A stretch of DNA of 64,000 nt from Candidatus Sumerlaeia bacterium (lineage in GTDB: Bacteria > Sumerlaeota > Sumerlaeia > SLMS01): the NCBI GenBank assembly GCA_038208905.1, contig JBBQYG010000003.1, positions 2,697 to 66,696 on the forward strand, written 5' to 3'. A program made the translations under genes and the position numbers. Positions 1-9,442 of the stretch are shown in pieces. How positions within the stretch are numbered: position 1 is the first letter of the stretch; the number at the start of each line of letters is the position of its first letter. Below the pieces are notes generated by a model. The model had not been told where the DNA came from, ran no database searches, and saw only the letters and a program-made list of their open reading frames with translations.

Positions 1-1788
1 ATCGTCTTCTATTTCGTCTTCATGTTTGGGATGGGTTTTGTCTTTACGGGATTCAACAAGAGCGCCAGCGACTACTTTCGCGGCGGCGGCAGCATGGTAT
101 GGTGGCTGGTGGGAGCCACGGCATTCATGACGCAGTTCAGCGCGTGGACCTTCACCGGCGCCGCGGGAAAGGCCTATCGTGACGGGTGGATTGTCGCGGT
201 GATCTTTATCGGCAATGGCTTCGGCTATCTCGTCAACTATGCCTGGTCGGCGGCCCGATTTCGAAACCTCCGCCTGACCACGGCGATCGAGGCGGTGCGT
301 GATCGATTCGGGGCGGGCAACGAGCAGGTATTCACCTGGCTTCAGGTTCCTATCAGCTTCATCTATGCGGGAATTTGGCTCAACGGCCTGGCGCTCTTCG
401 CCTCCGCGGCGTTCGATATCGATATGTCCTACACGATCTGGATCGTTGGCGTTGTGGTGGTGGTCATGTCGGTAACCGGCGGCTCGTGGGCGGTTGTGGC
501 CAGCGATTTCATTCAGATGCTGCTGCTGATGTCGGTCGCGGTGGTTACGATGGTGATGGCTCTCAACCATCCGGCGGTCGGCGGGATAAGCGGCTTTGTG
601 CATCGTATCCCCTCCAGCCACTGGAACTGGAGCGAGAACGCGCGGTGGGATATTGTGTGGCTGTGGGTGATCGCCACGTTCATCGGCCAGATCGTGAAGA
701 ACAACAGCCTGCTGGAATCCTATCGCTACATGTGCGCCAAGGATGGACGTCACGCGCGTCGGGGGGCGCTACTCGCCGCCGTGCTGATGTTCATCGGCCC
801 GATCGTTTGGTTCGTGCCTCCGATGGCGACGGCCATCATCGAGCCTGATCTTGCCTCCGTGTTTCCCAAGTTGAAGAATGCCAGCGAGGCCGCCTATATC
901 TACATCGGCGCCTACGCCATGCCGACGGGGATGCTCGGCCTTCTGGTTTGCGGAATTTTTGCCGCCACGATGTCCTCCATGGATAGCGGACTGAACCGCA
1001 ACGCTGGCATTTTCGTCAAGAACTTCTATAAACCATTCTTCGCGAAGGAAGCTTCCGACCTGCACTTGCTCACTGTGGGGAAGGTGTCCTCGCTCGTCTT
1101 TGGAGGCGTCATCATCCTCGTGGCATTCTTCATCAAGAGGATGGAGGGATACGACCTCTTCAACTTGATGACCCACTTCGGCGCGCTCGTCACAATCCCC
1201 TACACGGTGCCGCTCATTCTCGGCATGATCGTCAAGCGAGTGCCCGCATGGTCGGCGTGGTCCACGGTGCTCGTGGGATTCATTTTCTCGCTCAATCTGG
1301 CGGGCCTCTCGCTGGGTGGCCGCGCCGTCGTAGAGAAGTTCGATGTCTCGATCATCGGCTTCGATGGCCTCACCGATCGCGAGGCGCTCGACCTCACCTT
1401 CAGCATCAGTACCTTCGGCAACATCATCGTGTGCAGCCTGTGGTTCCTTGCCACCGCGGCCTTCCATCGCTACGCCTCGCCGGCTTACAACGCCCGGGTT
1501 GACGATTTCTTTGCGCGCATGACTTCGCCGGTGGACTATGAGAAGGAGGAAGGCCGGAGCACCGACGGACGCCAGGGCATGGTGCTGGCCAGCATGTGCT
1601 ATATCTACGGTGGATTCGTGGCGCTGTTGGGCTTGGTGTTTCCCAACACCATCGGCGGGCGCCTTTGCTTCTTCTTCTGCGGAGGCATCATGCTGACGGT
1701 GGGATACCTGCTCCACCGATCTGCCAAGTCCTACAACAAGAAGCAGAATGTGGACGACGAGGAGAAGAAGAATGCCGAAGCTGTATAA
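1..1788 (+). CDS. Sodium:solute symporter (SSS) family transporter, 5'-partial (continues upstream of window)
   Basis: 588-aa ORF from 22. The in-frame codons 1-21 upstream (IVFYFVF) are hydrophobic with no stop. Multi-TM composition. The segment SASDYFRGGGSMVWWLVGATAFMTQFSAWTFTGAAGKAY matches the conserved SSS-family TM2 region, which normally lies ~40-70 aa into the protein. Confidence 0.7.
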   Translation: MVFYFVFMFGMGFVFTGFNKSASDYFRGGGSMVWWLVGATAFMTQFSAWTFTGAAGKAYRDGWIVAVIFIGNGFGYLVNYAWSAARFRNLRLTTAIEAVRDRFGAGNEQVFTWLQVPISFIYAGIWLNGLALFASAAFDIDMSYTIWIVGVVVVVMSVTGGSWAVVASDFIQMLLLMSVAVVTMVMALNHPAVGGISGFVHRIPSSHWNWSENARWDIVWLWVIATFIGQIVKNNSLLESYRYMCAKDGRHARRGALLAAVLMFIGPIVWFVPPMATAIIEPDLASVFPKLKNASEAAYIYIGAYAMPTGMLGLLVCGIFAATMSSMDSGLNRNAGIFVKNFYKPFFAKEASDLHLLTVGKVSSLVFGGVIILVAFFIKRMEGYDLFNLMTHFGALVTIPYTVPLILGMIVKRVPAWSAWSTVLVGFIFSLNLAGLSLGGRAVVEKFDVSIIGFDGLTDREALDLTFSISTFGNIIVCSLWFLATAAFHRYASPAYNARVDDFFARMTSPVDYEKEEGRSTDGRQGMVLASMCYIYGGFVALLGLVFPNTIGGRLCFFFCGGIMLTVGYLLHRSAKSYNKKQNVDDEEKKNAEAV

Positions 1789-2149
1789 GGTCGCCCAAAT
1801 GGACGACATTGCGTCAGTGCCTTGCCCCTGCGGCATGTCGCGCCGCGCCTTTGTGGAGCCCGACAATCCTGTGGCGACGATCCATATGGTGGACATCTCC
1901 ATCGATGCCCGCACACACTATCACAAGAGGCTGACGGAGATATACCTCGTTCTGGAGGGCGAGGGCCACATGGAGCTCGATGGAGATCTGATTCCCGTGA
2001 AGCCGATGACGGCGATCTTCATCAAGCCCGGATGCCGCCACCGGGCCGTCGGGAAAATGCGCATCGTGAACATCCCAGTACCCGCGTTCGATCCCACCGA
2101 CGAGTGGTTCGACGAGGCGCCATCGCAGACACCGGGAGGATTGAGATGA
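1772..2149 (+). CDS. Cupin-domain protein (KdgF-like small cupin in a uronate-polymer locus)
   Basis: Start taken at internal MPKLYKV (ATG 1772), overlapping the symporter end. ~125 aa. Two-His cupin motif region HYHKRLTEIYLVLEGEGHMELDG ... FIKPGCRHRAVG. TGA stop at 2143-2145. Confidence 0.6.
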   Translation: MPKLYKVAQMDDIASVPCPCGMSRRAFVEPDNPVATIHMVDISIDARTHYHKRLTEIYLVLEGEGHMELDGDLIPVKPMTAIFIKPGCRHRAVGKMRIVNIPVPAFDPTDEWFDEAPSQTPGGLR

Positions 2150-4506
2150 AGAAGGCCCTAATTGCTATTTCAGTTCTGACGACTCTGATCGCGCCCGCCA
2201 TGCTTCCCGCTCAGGAGAAGAATGGCTACGGCGGCTTTTCAGTTTCGGAGGAGCCCATCCTTCCCGCCAAGGAAGTCCATCCATCGCTGTGGTTCCGCGC
2301 CGATGGGATCGAGGCCCTCCGCGCGAAGCGAAACGCCGACACTCATGCCGCGGGGCTCTGGCGGAAACTCGCCGCCAGCCTCTACGTCTCGATGCCGATT
2401 CCCGCCCTTCCCGCACAGGATGCCAATAAGGAAGCTGTGCACAAGTACTACGGCGCCATGCCCCAGATCGCCGCGGTCTGCGCGTTGATGTCGATCCTCG
2501 CCGACGACGAAGCCGACCGGGGTCGATTCGCCCAGCGCGCGAAGCAGGCGCTGCTCCGCTCCTACGATGGACCTCTCTATGAGATCGATCCCAAGAATCA
2601 GAGCACCGCCGCCGACGAGATCTATCGCGGCACCTGGGCACAGCACTACTGCGCCGCCTATGACTTCCTGCACGGCAGCCTAACCCCCGAGGAGGACAAG
2701 GCCATCCGCGCTTCATTCGTAAAGGAGGCCACGTATATGCACGAGAACCTCATGGGATGGGCCGACCGCCCCCACAACCACCTGTCCAAGCCGGCATGGG
2801 GCCTCGGCACCTTCGCCATCACGCTTTCCGACCTGCCGGAGGCGAAGGACTGGCTGCACCGCGCGCTGACCGCCACCAACATGAACACGCGGGACTACTT
2901 CAGTGCCGATGGCCTATATCGCGAAGGATCGATGTACTACCTCTTCTCCCTCATCAATTTCGTCCCTTTCCTCTATCACTACCGCAACGCTGCCGGGGTG
3001 GACCAGTTTCCCGAGTGGCAGCCCGCCTTCGAGTGGCCGATCCTTACGCGAAACGGGCGTGGGTGGATGCCCAACATCGAGGATTCGTATATACGACCGT
3101 TTCCCTCAGAAATGGTCGCTGGCGCCTATCGCGGTGCCAAGACGCGACTCTCCGCCGATGGCGACCTTGCAGGCGTGCTCCAGTGGAATCACCGCAATAC
3201 CGACTATGCCCCCTTTGACGAGTCGGAGCGCGTCGAGGGATTCAACTACACCGGAGCAAGCTGGGACTATAACCGCGAATTTCACGAATTCCTGTGCTAC
3301 GATCCCACCATCAGCCCTGCGGCGCCCACGGGATCCTCCACGATGTTTATGGAGAGCGGCCAAACGGTGTTCCGCAATGACTGGTCGTTCAAGGATCCCG
3401 CTCACCGATATCTGCTGTTTCACGGTGTCGCCGAGGCCGAGAACCACCAGCACTATGAGCACCTGAGCTTCATCGTGCAGGCCCAGAACCAGATGATGGC
3501 TTCCGATTCCGGCTACGTGCGTAAGAGCTATGGCGAGGCCATTCGCAAGACATGGTATCTCACCTCGGAGGCCCACAACGTCGTGACCGTCGATGGCTCC
3601 GCGCCGATTGATCCCAAGAAGAACGTCACGCCGATCTCGCGCCAACGGCTTGATACTGAGTGGTTCGACTTCGAGGAGAAGGAGGCTCCCTACGAGAAGG
3701 GAGGCCGCCTGAGGCGCGCCATTGCATTCGCTGGTCAAGACCACTGGATCGTGCTGGACCGCGTCGAGCTTCCCGAGGAACGCGAGATCGCGGTGCTCCT
3801 CCACGGAGGACGCGGCTCCCACGCAGCGGATGGTCCACGCCACACCTGGACTTACGGCAAAGACACCTACGGTCCGGCGGCGGCGATGGACGCCTTCGTG
3901 CTCGTGCCGGGGGCTGCGAATGAAATTCGCAACGGCGAGATCACGTATATCAAGGGCGACTACAAGGAGTTCCCCTATTTGCGCGCGGCGCTTCGCGGCA
4001 ACGCGGCTGGCGCGATGCAGATTGTCGTTCCGCGTGCCGTCGACGCACCCGTTCCCTTGTTTGAGGACCTCACCGATGGTGAGTTCTATGGCGGGCGGCT
4101 CATCTGGGCCGACGGCACCACCGAGGAACACGCCGCCCGAAATCAGTCGGGCGTCTATTCGGGCGGCAACTTGAGAAGCGATGCGACCTATTCGGGCGCC
4201 CGATTCAGCAAGGATGGGCTGGCGTGGTTCGCGATGCGGGAAGGCACCTTTCTCGAAATTGGCGGAGCGCCGATTGTTCGCTCAGAGAGCCCAATCACGC
4301 TTCTTGCCGGCCGCATTCTGGAAGGCAACCGGATGGAGATCGTGTTGTCTGAGGACGATGGCGCCACACTCACGATCGGAGCTCCGAATGCGATGCCCGT
4401 GAAGCGGGCGTTGCTCCGCGGCAACGAACTGCCGATGAAGCCCGACGACAGGGGGCTCCTCACGCTATCGGTCTCCGCCGGATCGCGCATCACGCTGGAA
4501 TTCTAG
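2147..4506 (+). CDS. Heparinase II/III-like polysaccharide lyase (PL12/15/17/21-type fold), secreted
   Basis: Start at MKKALIAISVLTTLIAPAMLPAQE (signal peptide), with GGAGG RBS at ~2133-2139, rather than the ORF-track start 1822. Hepar_II_III-like motifs DGLYREGSMYY and HQHYEHLSFIVQAQNQMMASDSGY, followed by a beta-sandwich C-terminal region. Confidence 0.7.
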
Positions 4507-4519
4507 AAAGAACGGCCCC

Positions 4520-5314
4520 ATGTCCAACTACAAGTTCTCCGTATTCGTCAAGCCGTGGAAGGGAAAGCCGCTTCCCGAGATTGCGGCACATATCAAGTCG
4601 CTCGGATTCGACGGCATCGAACTGCCGGTTCGCGCCGGGTTCGACGTGACTCCCGAGAACTGCGCGGCGGAGCTTTCCCGCGTGGCGGCTTTGCTCGCTG
4701 ATCATGGTCTGCGTATATACAGCGTGGCGGCGGAACCAACGGATAGCCTCATTCGCACGCTGGGATCGCTTGCCAATAAGCCGCTCATCCGCGACATGGC
4801 GAAGATCGAAGCGACCGAGACCTATCTGGAGGGCGAGGCCCGCTACAGGGCCCGCTATCGCGCGCTGCTCCCGGTCCTCGCCGGAGAGGGCGTCGCGATC
4901 GGCGTTCAGCACCACGCCAGCCGCTTCGTCACCAACGCCTCCGGCCTCCGCCGTCTCGTGGAGGACTTCGATCCGAGTCTGATCGGAGCCGTGTGGGATC
5001 CCGCGCACTGCGCGTTGGCGGGAGAGATCCCCGATCTCGCCGCGGACCTGCTCTGGTCCCACCTCAAGATGATCAACCTCAAGAACGCGATCTGGCGGAT
5101 GGTAACGGGGCCAGAGGCGGAGGAAGTTCGATGGAACCGCTACTGGACCTCCGGACGCATGGGCATCGCGTCGTGGTCCGATGTGGCAACCGTGCTCCGC
5201 CAGCGCGGCTATCGCGGCGTTCTGACGATCTGCGCGGAGTACGCCGACGAGCATTCGGTCGACCGGCTAATCGCCGAGGATATCGTCTTCGCGCGCCGCG
5301 TTTTTCAGTTCTGA
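4520..5314 (+). CDS. Sugar phosphate isomerase/epimerase (xylose isomerase-like TIM barrel)
   Basis: 264 aa. IKSLGFDGIELPV ... GVQHHASRF ... motifs typical of AP endonuclease 2/xylose-isomerase-like TIM barrels. ATG at 4520. Confidence 0.7.
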   Translation: MSNYKFSVFVKPWKGKPLPEIAAHIKSLGFDGIELPVRAGFDVTPENCAAELSRVAALLADHGLRIYSVAAEPTDSLIRTLGSLANKPLIRDMAKIEATETYLEGEARYRARYRALLPVLAGEGVAIGVQHHASRFVTNASGLRRLVEDFDPSLIGAVWDPAHCALAGEIPDLAADLLWSHLKMINLKNAIWRMVTGPEAEEVRWNRYWTSGRMGIASWSDVATVLRQRGYRGVLTICAEYADEHSVDRLIAEDIVFARRVFQF

Positions 5315-7474
5315 CCGCACATCGCCAGAAATCACAAAACCGCTGAAGGACACACCGGACTTCATCCAGTCGGGGCCCACGTCCTGCGGCGTCAGCGGCG
5401 TGAACTCGATGGGACCGCTTCCTGCCTGGTCCGCTCCCGCGTCCTTGGGATCCGCTCGCGGCTGACCGTCCATGTCCTCTATGACAGTGGGATAGGAGCC
5501 AGCGGCTCCGCCGATTGCGGGGCTACCAGTGTGGGGGCGCATCAACCCATCCGCCGCTCGGGCGAGTAGCGGGCTCGCCTGGGTGATTCCCGTCGTCGTG
5601 CTGATCCCAAGCGTGCCGCCGAACCAGAGGTTCCCCTCGTAGGCGGTACTGAGGGGAGGCGTGACGTACTTGTAGGCCCTCTGGCTCCCGGAGAGCTGCA
5701 TCACATTGTTGGCAATGGTATTGTCGAGCGGCGCCAGCGTGGCATCGCCCCTGCTGCTTACGTTGCCGATGACTATTGCCTCCTGGCAGTCCACAAACGT
5801 GTTGAACGCAATCAAGGCTCGTTCCACCCGCTGGTAGCGGTTCAGTGGCGAACTCGGGACGCCATTCATCAGCGCCACCGTGGCGCGAAGGTTTGTGCCG
5901 CGCATCCCCTCGAAATAGTTGTTTGTGACCACGTGGTCCGGCCCCACGATGCGGACGCCGCTGGTATCCGGCTTCCCGGCGCCGAAGAAGAAGTTCTGGT
6001 CCACGATGCAGGCGGAGCCGTGGCGCAGCGTGAGCTGCCCCAGCGTCTCGCGGAAGGTATTGCCGCGGTAGACGTTGCCGACAGACTTATTTGAGATCGT
6101 CTCGATCTCGCCGTCGCAGCGCAGGAAGAGGTTCCGCTCCACCACGGCCTCCGATGGCCGATTGGAGACATCGCTCGTTCCGATTCGGATGGTCTCGTAG
6201 CCATTGTCCGTCCCGAGGGTTCGGTCGCCGAAGTAGTTGTTGTCGATGCGCGTCCGATTCGCCGGGCCGCTGGCGGCCGGCCACACGACGAGCTGGACGC
6301 CGATGTGATTCATGCCGGAGAACCAACAGTGATCGATGCGATTGTTAAGGCCATAGACGCTCACCCAATCGTAGTCGGTGCTTGCCGACGCCGGATTGTA
6401 GTCGATGATCGCCGACTGCGTCAGGCGACAATTGTTGGCAAGCCGGCTGGAGCCATCGCGGAACTCGACAATCGGGTAGCCGCCCGGCAGGGTGCCGTCC
6501 TCGAACTTCAGCCCGGTCACCACCATGTAGTCGCCGGCGATCTTGAGTGAGGATGCACACGTCAGGATCGTCTTGCCAGGCTGCTCCCCACGGAGCGTGA
6601 TCGGGAGGGCGTCGCTTGTGCCACCCGTGCCATTGCGCGAGCGGTGGCCGGTGAAGACCAGCGTCGCATCCTGCCAGAATCCCGACCGCATGACGATCGT
6701 ATCGCCGGGATCGGCGATCATCAGGGCGGCATCGAATTCCGCGACCGTAGAAACCACGCCCGGCGGGGGAGTCCCCGTCGGAGTGGGAAGCGGCGTCGGC
6801 GTCGCTATGGCACCGCCATTGAGCAGTTGGTTCAGCTCGGCGGCGCCAAGGCCCGTATCCGTGGACATGATCAGTGCGTCGATGCGGGCGTCGTTCTCTC
6901 GGACGCCGATGCGGACTTCCAGCGCGTTCCCGAGATCGCCCGCCGCAACGGCAAAGCTCGTCGAAATGCCTGTGATCCAGGCAAAGCCGCCGCCATTTCC
7001 GGTGGCCGCGCTGCTCGTTGGATTGGCGGCGCCGAATGCAGTGGCCACCCAGACCGAATCGCTCGATCCATTCCCAGCGGTGCCGTTGTTGGAAGCCAGT
7101 ATATACAATTTGTAGGTGCCGGCGGTGGCGAAGCGCAGCCGATAAACGGCGATGCTTTCCTGCAAGGCTGAATCGGTCTGTGCGCGATGGGGCGAGGGTG
7201 GCGCCACTAGCACTGTCCCGCCACTGGTGCCCGCCACGGCGACAGGGGCCCAAACGCGGGCCGGGTTCTCCGGCGATCCGGTCTGGACGCTGTTCTGCAC
7301 GTCGTTTGCGGCGTCGGGATTCAGGATCTCGTCGGCGGCCTCGGCCTCGAACACGATGTAGTCCTTCCCCGACTCCTGATCGATCACCAGTGCGCTTGCG
7401 GTACTGGCAAGTGCCAGGAATGCCAGTGCCAACATACCGCCCATGCGGCGGATGTTCCTATTCATGCGGTCCAT
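5267..7474 (-). CDS. Secreted right-handed beta-helix polysaccharide lyase, PL6-like (alginate lyase/chondroitinase B family) with N-terminal carbohydrate-binding module and PT linker
   Basis: Signal peptide MGGMLALAFLALASTASA. N-terminal ~220 aa beta-sandwich. Linker TPTPLPTPTGTPPPG. Catalytic region VAEFDAALMIADPGDTIVMRSGFW ... NNYFEGMRGTNLRATVALMNG ... NTFVDCQEAIVIGN with parallel beta-helix repeats. Confidence 0.6.
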   Translation of the reverse strand: MDRMNRNIRRMGGMLALAFLALASTASALVIDQESGKDYIVFEAEAADEILNPDAANDVQNSVQTGSPENPARVWAPVAVAGTSGGTVLVAPPSPHRAQTDSALQESIAVYRLRFATAGTYKLYILASNNGTAGNGSSDSVWVATAFGAANPTSSAATGNGGGFAWITGISTSFAVAAGDLGNALEVRIGVRENDARIDALIMSTDTGLGAAELNQLLNGGAIATPTPLPTPTGTPPPGVVSTVAEFDAALMIADPGDTIVMRSGFWQDATLVFTGHRSRNGTGGTSDALPITLRGEQPGKTILTCASSLKIAGDYMVVTGLKFEDGTLPGGYPIVEFRDGSSRLANNCRLTQSAIIDYNPASASTDYDWVSVYGLNNRIDHCWFSGMNHIGVQLVVWPAASGPANRTRIDNNYFGDRTLGTDNGYETIRIGTSDVSNRPSEAVVERNLFLRCDGEIETISNKSVGNVYRGNTFRETLGQLTLRHGSACIVDQNFFFGAGKPDTSGVRIVGPDHVVTNNYFEGMRGTNLRATVALMNGVPSSPLNRYQRVERALIAFNTFVDCQEAIVIGNVSSRGDATLAPLDNTIANNVMQLSGSQRAYKYVTPPLSTAYEGNLWFGGTLGISTTTGITQASPLLARAADGLMRPHTGSPAIGGAAGSYPTVIEDMDGQPRADPKDAGADQAGSGPIEFTPLTPQDVGPDWMKSGVSFSGFVISGDVRSELKNAAREDDILGD

Positions 7475-7584
7475 CGATCAAGCTCCTCTCGGGTGTTCCT
7501 GAAAGTGCCGCCGGGCAGTCCAAACTGGGGCCGCACCGGCGGCGCGATGATGGTCATTTGGCTGTGCGTCTGGCAATCAGCCAA

Positions 7585-9120
7585 TCAGTAGTACAACTGC
7601 CACTGCCTGGCGTCGCTGTAGGTTCCAAACTGATATGCGCCCGCGTCGGGCTTCAATACGCCGTTGTTGGGTCGGATATTGCCTTCGATGTCAACGGCGC
7701 CGATCGCCGTGGCGATGGCGGCGTTGGCGGTGCCCTGGGCAATGACGGGCGAGCCCGCCGACTGCTTGCCGTTGGAGTCCAGGAGCAAGTCCCCGATCGT
7801 CGCGGTATAGAAGCGATCCGCGCCCAGCACGGTGGAGTCGGTCGGTCCTCCGATCGCGTTTCCCTCGCGTGGATCCAGCCCGCCTCCGCCCACGATCTGG
7901 CTGGTGGATCCAAGGAAGTTCACGAAGACGCAGTTGGCCCAGCTTGTGACGGAGCTATTCGCCGAATTGATGGCGCGCTCTCCGCCTGTTCCCGCGGCAA
8001 TGAACGTCGTATGGTAGGCACGGCCAGTGGAGCCCTCCGTGTAGAAGCCACGCGCAGCGGAGCCGGTCCCTTCCTGCGACTTGATAACGGAATTGAAGAC
8101 ATTGACCTCGTTCGACGCGGTCGCATCGGCGAAGCGAATATCGAGAGTGCGATCGCTGCGCGTGCCTGCCGAGTTGTCGAGCACGCACCGGTTGAACGTG
8201 ATCTCCGCGCCGGTGATTGCGGCCAAATCCGGTGCGCGAAAGACTTCCTCGAAGCACGTGATGCTCGTATCCACAAACGTGAACTTGGAGTTCCCCCCGG
8301 GGAAACCGGTGAACTCGATACCGCGCCCATAGTTTACCTGGGTGATGTTCGTATTCGTCATCGTGCATCCGTCGAAGGTCCAATCGTGGTTGTTCCCGCC
8401 GGAGGCCACGTTGACGAGGCTGCGCCCAGCGGTGTTGATATTCACGTTTGTGAAGCTCGCCGTCAGGCCGTCGATAGGGACAGTTCCCTGCTGGCGGATC
8501 GTGGCCTTGTTGTTGGACTGCGTTGCCGTGGTGGAGACGACGCCACCCGTCATCGAGAATGTGATAGGCGCACCGGCAACCACGCCGAGGTTGAACTTGA
8601 TCGCCTCGCCCGCATCGATGGAAACGGGGGGACTCACAAGGCCGGGGCCGGAGTGGATTACGCTTGAGTTGTTGATGAGGGTGATCGTCACCGGGAACGA
8701 GGCCGACTGATCGATGTTCATCGCCGCGCCGGTGTTGGACCCCACGGTGGGGATTAGTCCGGTCCCGTCGGCGGATTGATTGCGGTCAATCGTCACATTG
8801 TCGAAGGTAACGTTCACCGCGCCGGTCGGCGGCGCCTCCGTGGCCACCAGGGCCTCGCCGTTGGAGTTCGCGACAATCACTCCGGGAACCGTCCCGCGGA
8901 TCGTATAGGTCTTTCCGCCAATCAGAACGACAGTCCCGCGGTAGGTGCCCGCCTCGACGATCTGGATTTCGCCATTGTCGCTCACGGCGGCGATGGCGCT
9001 CGCAAGGGTCGAGTGCCCCGCGCTCCCTGAGATGTTGACCTGCTCAACCGGGGCGCCGTAGGCGGCCCCAGCGGCGCAAAGCAATAGGGTCGTCGTCCAA
9101 GTCATTTTCGATCTCCGCAT
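7585..9120 (-). CDS. Secreted right-handed beta-helix (pectin lyase fold) protein
   Basis: Signal peptide MTWTTTLLLCAAGAAYGA. Repeated NxT/G-rich beta-helix rungs (NVTFDNVTIDRNQSADG, FTNVNINTAGRSLVNV, CTMTNTNITQVN). 511 aa. Confidence 0.55.
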   Translation of the reverse strand: MRRSKMTWTTTLLLCAAGAAYGAPVEQVNISGSAGHSTLASAIAAVSDNGEIQIVEAGTYRGTVVLIGGKTYTIRGTVPGVIVANSNGEALVATEAPPTGAVNVTFDNVTIDRNQSADGTGLIPTVGSNTGAAMNIDQSASFPVTITLINNSSVIHSGPGLVSPPVSIDAGEAIKFNLGVVAGAPITFSMTGGVVSTTATQSNNKATIRQQGTVPIDGLTASFTNVNINTAGRSLVNVASGGNNHDWTFDGCTMTNTNITQVNYGRGIEFTGFPGGNSKFTFVDTSITCFEEVFRAPDLAAITGAEITFNRCVLDNSAGTRSDRTLDIRFADATASNEVNVFNSVIKSQEGTGSAARGFYTEGSTGRAYHTTFIAAGTGGERAINSANSSVTSWANCVFVNFLGSTSQIVGGGGLDPREGNAIGGPTDSTVLGADRFYTATIGDLLLDSNGKQSAGSPVIAQGTANAAIATAIGAVDIEGNIRPNNGVLKPDAGAYQFGTYSDARQWQLYY

Positions 9121-9185
9121 AGTTTTTTATCCCAAGGAGGAGTTGAACACCGGTGGCGAATCCGGATGGATCGTGCGGGGCCGGA

Positions 9186-9199
9186 CTAACGCGCGTTAG
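9186..9199. promoter_or_regulatory. Perfect 14-bp palindrome CTAACGCGCGTTAG (candidate operator, copy 1)
   Basis: Read directly from the sequence. Lies 66 bp upstream of the start of the minus-strand beta-helix gene at 9120. Confidence 0.45.
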
Positions 9200-9363
9200 A
9201 TTAGCGTTCAATCACGATCACGCTCCCGTCAACCACAAATTGGACCGGTTTGATCGTTTGATCGGCGATGGCTCCACGACTCCGCCAGAAACGAGTGGGC
9301 GCTTCATGCATAGGCAGCGGTTGGGTTCGCAGTCTGGTCGCGGGAATGCCATCCTCGCGAGCA

Positions 9364-9377
9364 CTAACGCGCGTTAC
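9364..9377. promoter_or_regulatory. 12-bp palindrome core TAACGCGCGTTA within CTAACGCGCGTTAC (candidate operator, copy 2)
   Basis: Read directly from the sequence. Lies 66 bp upstream of the ATG of the plus-strand hydrolase gene at 9443. Mirror-positioned relative to copy 1 in the same divergent intergenic region. Confidence 0.45.
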
Positions 9378-9442
9378 CGTCTTGACAATCCGCCGGGACC
9401 GGCAAAGCGTCTTGCCGATCCATCGGAATTGAGCTCGCCTCC

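Noticed and set aside
769-1914. 381-aa minus-strand ORF antisense to the SSS symporter. Similar long antisense or alternate-frame ORFs occur at 3106-4131(-), 7018-8667(+), 9374-10969(-), 11264-12094(-), 28617-29804(-), 36162-37055(-), 39489-41606(+), 44654-45937(+), 48625-50118(+), 49232-50572(-), 53203-54267(-) and 61510-62472(-).
   Set aside because: High GC3 content suppresses stop codons in non-coding frames. These ORFs overlap confidently assigned conserved genes, and their translations are Arg/Gly/Ala/Pro-rich low-complexity strings with no family features.
5267-5314. 48-bp convergent overlap between the sugar-phosphate isomerase and the PL6-like gene, as a possible sign of mis-called ends.
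   Set aside because: Both C-termini read as plausible protein sequence and no alternative stop exists. Convergent 3' overlaps occur in compact genomes, so the ORF-track coordinates were kept.
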